Shown here: piece after piece, positions 61,601 to 64,000 of the stretch
How the letters are laid out: each line of letters opens with the position of its first letter
How positions within the stretch are numbered: position 1 is the first letter of the stretch
Origin: a virus
IMG/VR virus record: IMGVR_UViG_3300005095_000008
Location: 1-64,000 of that record
Length of the DNA: 64,000 bases
Strand: one strand, 5' to 3'
Notes under the pieces: generated by a model
Told to the model about the DNA's origin: nothing
Seen by the model: only the letters and a program-made list of their open reading frames with translations
Database searches by the model: none
Translations under genes and position numbers: made by a program

Positions 61601-61737
61601 GCGGTGTAATCTCCACCTGCTTCGTCAATTATCTGTTTTAAATTACCAACAACAATATTTACCTCATCGGCATATAGTTGTCCTTGATGAGAATCGTCAT
61701 AATTATACTTCTCTTCAATGTCTTTTATACTGGCCAT
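55615..61737 (-). CDS. long tail fibre 2 with C-terminal peptidase S74 chaperone
   Basis: 2040 aa; N-terminus paralogous to fibre 1; NIAIG repeats; SDLRDK...YGFGAQE. Confidence 0.88.
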   Translation of the reverse strand: MASIKDIEEKYNYDDSHQGQLYADEVNIVVGNLKQIIDEAGGDYTAFGEKELVYALNELRLKSVFKATGTNELTLENKYGKTNASYILNSSCIFKFQAEEDNTGEVEIKITGSALSKPLYKNGNSLEAGDIKAGMVYEIEHDKDNNCYNIISTYVDGIDTLGGVTADQYLRSDIDDKIYGKITQGDTDNRTAGLYGVYDSTKVSHIWSIGEAYYLNANGSDFGNLYGAAYYHSNNGTYGEMAGGHQFVWANNGTPTVSIGDSIWTANSLGIGTCNLFGALDNSKALILGDSGTGIRQNGTGVLEFFQDENIFLQANSNAIETPTPRTWRIGDIYNKLYLNLYKNEINFISPDTTIRMNLLDDGSAFNISQSDESGTDYKRLSWVKFDSTRGTDIWTYNGNEIATIDANLTFTVYDATISLKSQFTTAIGDVTLTNDALHRNQYLLFDYEANVDTNGYNFFIENIYNEAHYHNDAYSVTNVYNYPVLEEGNYNYIYGSMNITHLKNDSKVSDVIYCMRNDVYSFSSEQQNHTVCSYNRVLKSDTSVKDSGYIRATHNEIYITEADHDNGAADIVATYSKIYAGNNNNTFDSIIGTSSRIETNGEVTSNFNALFYGSYMENTILQNAWGIYIDSDTPNYFAGSVQIGTSSISSMDNSKALILGDSGTGIRQNGDGVLELFHDSNIFLQATGSNVNAKGHMWKFGQNDGSLYTIISNSNNIYLGTNDGIDVVEMELNNRDNCSGFIMRPSVNDSYKKTLEWVRDDSLRKTDIWIYNDNEIDTIRRDTAIGFSDEYRTFENKAVTITGDFTLTDDREHKVTYRFLNYEPIVDLNDKKLYAYNMYDNAYYNTSCYDVTNYMIYPKLNSGEYVYATSVRSVLYIKNDAKVTGAIYGTRNNVYLYSTSPQNNTIGVYNRVLKSDASVKDSGYIRAAYNEVYIVDSDHDNGAVDVAGTYSNIRTGSSENTFNTLYANYAKITSQDGVGSNRNALYYGIYDGPILPNSYGVYIDSNVPNYLRGSIYSGAEVGEYIMRYNGSDNSFSIRRVTNQGGLVYASDSIFMTHAGERIRTNVYLLDLATDLGFDTVEEITSEYNLVTADGNIVINPGLQADGAIAYRYEFTTDTMSIPKDIDFRNTSSRINTTGFFAMANNGIDRLIFDSTNNVYMYNDTTLTIGMEDDKRTTIRRNEITLKGASNNDLRIYLNLYDVDPIFEITPKDNSTSFSSLKWRNDGDNGDYWTINDKRILLEGDVVGSDSSVTDSGTLDYEFASDSSTAQSIIFNCDNGTVDISEDTIHNITYNFNSYSPDTTLNSNTLTVNAYKKYTKFATDLTAANTILNETVLEAMSCENVFGINNKLTIESDAQVYTETVATYSKIDLLTSSYDDGVFIGSKSEVIKSVNPSLSGKLWGAYNVVRVQDIADTGRNDAESIVGTVSSLDVQNPENIYTEAYGHSSRINITYDDANNIYALYEGRYETNTPSIAYNLYLPSTAFSYLGGPLTISYDARKENSYETMLSLSASSNASVITSLIGTQFTTTCLDFNEITNFYGSKVSLNKDPRSKHSGVLIGNDVLIDIDYFSKSDDDDNAYDNGADTISGFRSKIQIDSEYATSDILAGYMSTINIDSDSGDFGTAAMFYGNSTYSSNTSKIYGIYIDGNFPSYFGGEIIANNGIGTDTSTFSITLNDSYDSELILSSRRLKYMAGSIEPIIDVSYYDSFIGLNAGLNANILSYAIAIGYHALSYTGTSDAIQQFNTAVGAYAMGMMAPGVDGNDSSKNIAIGDYAFYSPTPEPTDSDNNRYVDAHYNNIAIGSNALKTPYFSQHNIAIGTNTMSKNSYYKDSVVIGHWSANTCLDLVECVFIGNDVGPEEEVTVTNSIAIGYQAGDGQGDFDILDDNQIIMGNANITSALCKVQWDTPSDLRDKTDIETLPSSLEFVKELRPISYVYDDRFRYEDRKPDGTKKDTIKHYGFGAQEVLEKELEYFGENVIVKDKNKERLIITETAMIPVLTKALQELDEKVEQQQKTISELLSVINDLTSRIEELENN
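59726..59781. repeat. 56-bp exact direct repeat (second copy 60842-60897)
   Basis: ccattttgtctaatgcctgtaccagagtctcctaagatcaatgctttactattatc. Confidence 0.9.
60842..60897. repeat. 56-bp exact direct repeat (second copy 59726-59781)
   Basis: identical sequence 1116 bp apart. Confidence 0.9.
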
Positions 61738-61791
61738 GACCGTATCCTTTTTACTGTAAGTTATAGTCTATAGACTAATTCAATAAAACAA

Positions 61792-61824
61792 CTCACTACC
61801 AATCCAAAACGGATTGGTAGTGAG
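61792..61824 (-). terminator. hairpin
   Basis: ctcactaccaatcc-aaaac-ggattggtagtgag. Confidence 0.65.
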
Positions 61825-61835
61825 GACATTTTGTC

Positions 61836-62789
61836 TTAATTTAATTCTGTAGGCAACGTTACTGGTAGTTCCGAACCACCATCTTTTTGTTTTATAAATA
61901 ACCAATATATCCATTCTTCATTATTGGTTGCTAATTTTGATTTTGCGCGTACTGTAACAAATCCACGTGCATCATACTCTGGATTTGTTATTTCGTATAC
62001 ATCACTATCTTCAATCGTTTCTACAACGACATCGTCTCGAATAATTTCAATAATAGAACCTGTGGCGTTACTAGCCTTCTCTATCTCAATTCGTATCTTA
62101 TCTTCTGTGTTATACGTTCCATTTGCAGTACTTGTATCTGTACTATCTGGATAATATTTTGGCACGTATTTTGTAAGTTTAGAACGTGGAGTGTAAATAA
62201 ATGCGCTAGACGCAACACTAGCATCGCCATTCCACATATGATATTGTGCTGTGATTTTATAAATACTATTTTCGTCTAAAATAATATCTACATACAGGTA
62301 TGATAAATTATCTTCATCGTTTGGTCTAAATAAAACCACATTCTCATCAAGGTCTTGTATAAGCCAACTCACACTCTTTATTTTCTCTTCAGAGTTCTGG
62401 AATACTTCTTTTAGTCTCACGTAGAAGTTTGTAAATGGAACTTCGTTATTTTCGTATGGCTCATCGAAGTAAAACTGCGGTGGCATGATACGTCTAGGTT
62501 CTTTTGTATTAAACCAGTCATCGTTTGCTTCGTCTGTATGCGCGATTGGTACATTAGACCAATTGCTTAAACCAGCAATATCTGAAATCGTTCTTGCTCT
62601 AGCGATATACTCTTGCCCAAGTTCCATTTGCTTATCAACGAGTAGGATGTAGAGATGCTCTGTATCTTCTCCTGTGTCAACGAATGGGTTTTCAAAGTTT
62701 GGATCGTCTGCTGTTGTCACCTGCCACTCTGTTGAGAGGTGTGTGTCATCAGGACTCAATTCAAACGGATTGAGTTTTAGAATTATCAT
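61836..62789 (-). CDS. putative virion structural protein (Ig/FN3-like N-terminus)
   Basis: HLSTEWQV...F......Y.ARAR.....S.WS pattern; start moved to ATG 62789 (GGAG SD). Confidence 0.6.
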   Translation of the reverse strand: MIILKLNPFELSPDDTHLSTEWQVTTADDPNFENPFVDTGEDTEHLYILLVDKQMELGQEYIARARTISDIAGLSNWSNVPIAHTDEANDDWFNTKEPRRIMPPQFYFDEPYENNEVPFTNFYVRLKEVFQNSEEKIKSVSWLIQDLDENVVLFRPNDEDNLSYLYVDIILDENSIYKITAQYHMWNGDASVASSAFIYTPRSKLTKYVPKYYPDSTDTSTANGTYNTEDKIRIEIEKASNATGSIIEIIRDDVVVETIEDSDVYEITNPEYDARGFVTVRAKSKLATNNEEWIYWLFIKQKDGGSELPVTLPTELN

Positions 62790-62809
62790 AGCGTCTCCGA
62801 TCTTCAAGT

Positions 62810-63680
62810 TTGATTTTGACTAAGTTATCAAACAAAGGAATTTTTGAAGAATTTTATTTCTCACACAAAAGAACTCTTGGCAAATTTATTCTCTAGGTCA
62901 TCAGACCATCCTCATCAAACAATTTTCAAAATTCTCTTACTATAAATCGCGCGGTCACGCGTGTGCGTGTGCGCGGTTCAAAGATAATATTTAATAATAA
63001 ATTATTAAATATATTATATAAATATATCAAAGATATTAATTATCTAAATTAATAAATTAATTTATCTAATTAAATAACAACTAAAGAATAATATATATAC
63101 TTAAAGAAAAAGAAAAAGACTCTATGTATATATATATTAACGTAGTTAATATATATATACATAGAGTCCAAAAGAAAAAGAATTTTTTTAGAAAAAAAAA
63201 TTCTAAAAATCTCTATTTAGTGATGAGTCAAAAGGATTTCTGAAAGAGAAATCCGTTGAAAATTTAGAGAAAATAAAAAATCTAAAGAATGTCTATTTAG
63301 TGAATCTCTCGAATTAGAAAAGATAAAATTGAGAAATGAAATTTCGAAAGTTTAGATTTGAGAATGAGAGAACAGAAGTCAAACTGAATTTAGAGTGTCG
63401 AATCGACACTCGATGATTTTGACTCTAGATGTGAAAATAGTATTAAAATAGTAGAATTATAAATTGAGTATATAATTTAGTATATGTTTAAATTAACAGA
63501 ATGGTATCTAGAATCCATTTTCATAGGCTTACTAATATGAAGACATAGGTGAAGTACTTAAAACGATTTAAGGGTGATTTTTAAGAGTAGTGATTTAAAG
63601 TGAAATCGTTGACAGATATTTGTTTTTATTCGTTCAAAAGTTTCTTCTTTTGAATAAAAACAAATATAAAAAACAAGAGA
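62810..63680. other. large non-coding region, putative replication origin
   Basis: GC-rich patch, then an extremely AT-rich stretch, a 24-bp-arm perfect inverted repeat and further hairpins. Confidence 0.5.
63118..63168. repeat. perfect inverted repeat with 24-bp arms and a 3-nt loop
   Basis: gactctatgtatatatatattaac-gta-gttaatatatatatacatagagtc. Confidence 0.95.
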
Positions 63681-63710
63681 TAGATACAGACCAAAATGGT
63701 CTGTATCTAT
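63680..63710 (-). terminator. hairpin plus T-tract
   Basis: atagatacagacc-aaaat-ggtctgtatctat. Confidence 0.7.
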
Positions 63711-63998
63711 TTAAACTTTTAAGTCTAATCTGTTAACTTGTTGCATAATGATTGTTTCTGATGTTCTAAAGATATCTGCTAAAACGAGAGAATCTAGTGT
63801 TTTTCTATCATAAACGACTTCTTTTAATTTATCTCCTGGAATGAGAATATCGAGTGCTTTTCCTTTTAATTCAGAGATTTCTGTATTAAGTACGTCAAAA
63901 TCTGAAGATGTGACTGTGAGTGGTTCAAATATAGTTACGGTGTCATCTGGAGGAGGTATTACTGTTAAGAGATGAGCCACTACGAAGGTTTGAAGGGT
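63711..63998 (-). CDS. 3' end of a gene running off the window
   Basis: reading frame stays open from the window edge to the stop at 63711. Confidence 0.65.
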   Translation of the reverse strand, partial: TLQTFVVAHLLTVIPPPDDTVTIFEPLTVTSSDFDVLNTEISELKGKALDILIPGDKLKEVVYDRKTLDSLVLADIFRTSETIIMQQVNRLDLKV

Positions 63999-64000
63999 TT

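Noticed and set aside
1006-62154. Many short or antisense ORFs in the track (e.g. 7633..8217, 20021..20437, 44013..44630, 26309..27705)
   Set aside because: They are shadow frames opposite or inside long real genes, with no SD and atypical composition
1839-63710. Palindrome family as a CRISPR array or MITE
   Set aside because: Copies are dispersed singly at gene ends, with no regular spacers, cas genes or target-site duplications
1-64000. Stop-codon reassignment, inteins or introns
   Set aside because: Core genes are full length under code 11 with all three stops used, and nrdA, dnaB and uvsX show no insertions

Overview
A 64-kb, AT-rich segment of a phiKZ-like jumbo phage (Chimalliviridae-type gene set, probably nucleus-forming, although chimallin and PhuZ are not in this window). 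It uses the standard genetic code. The core genes are RuvC, central spike, SbcC, portal, a virion RNA polymerase beta fragment, UvsX, an RNase H-like protein, major capsid and DnaB. They are interleaved with minus-strand accessory operons: a MoxR ATPase plus VWA pair flanked by two paralogs, a DHH phosphoesterase, and a zincin followed by three stand-alone sigma70 region-4 proteins. The window also holds thyX, nrdAB, lysis genes, two giant modular tail fibres with S74 chaperones and an origin-like non-coding region. The sigma-4 mimics resemble Campylobacterota RpoD, which hints at the host phylum. There are two top candidates for new biology. (1) A ~230-nt multi-hairpin non-coding RNA lies downstream of the portal gene; its loops and 3' tail are anti-Shine-Dalgarno-like and complementary to the leaders of several putative early genes of the same phage. 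(2) The operon of three sigma-region-4 mimics may be a host-takeover module. All family assignments come from motif recognition and recalled gene order, not from database searches.
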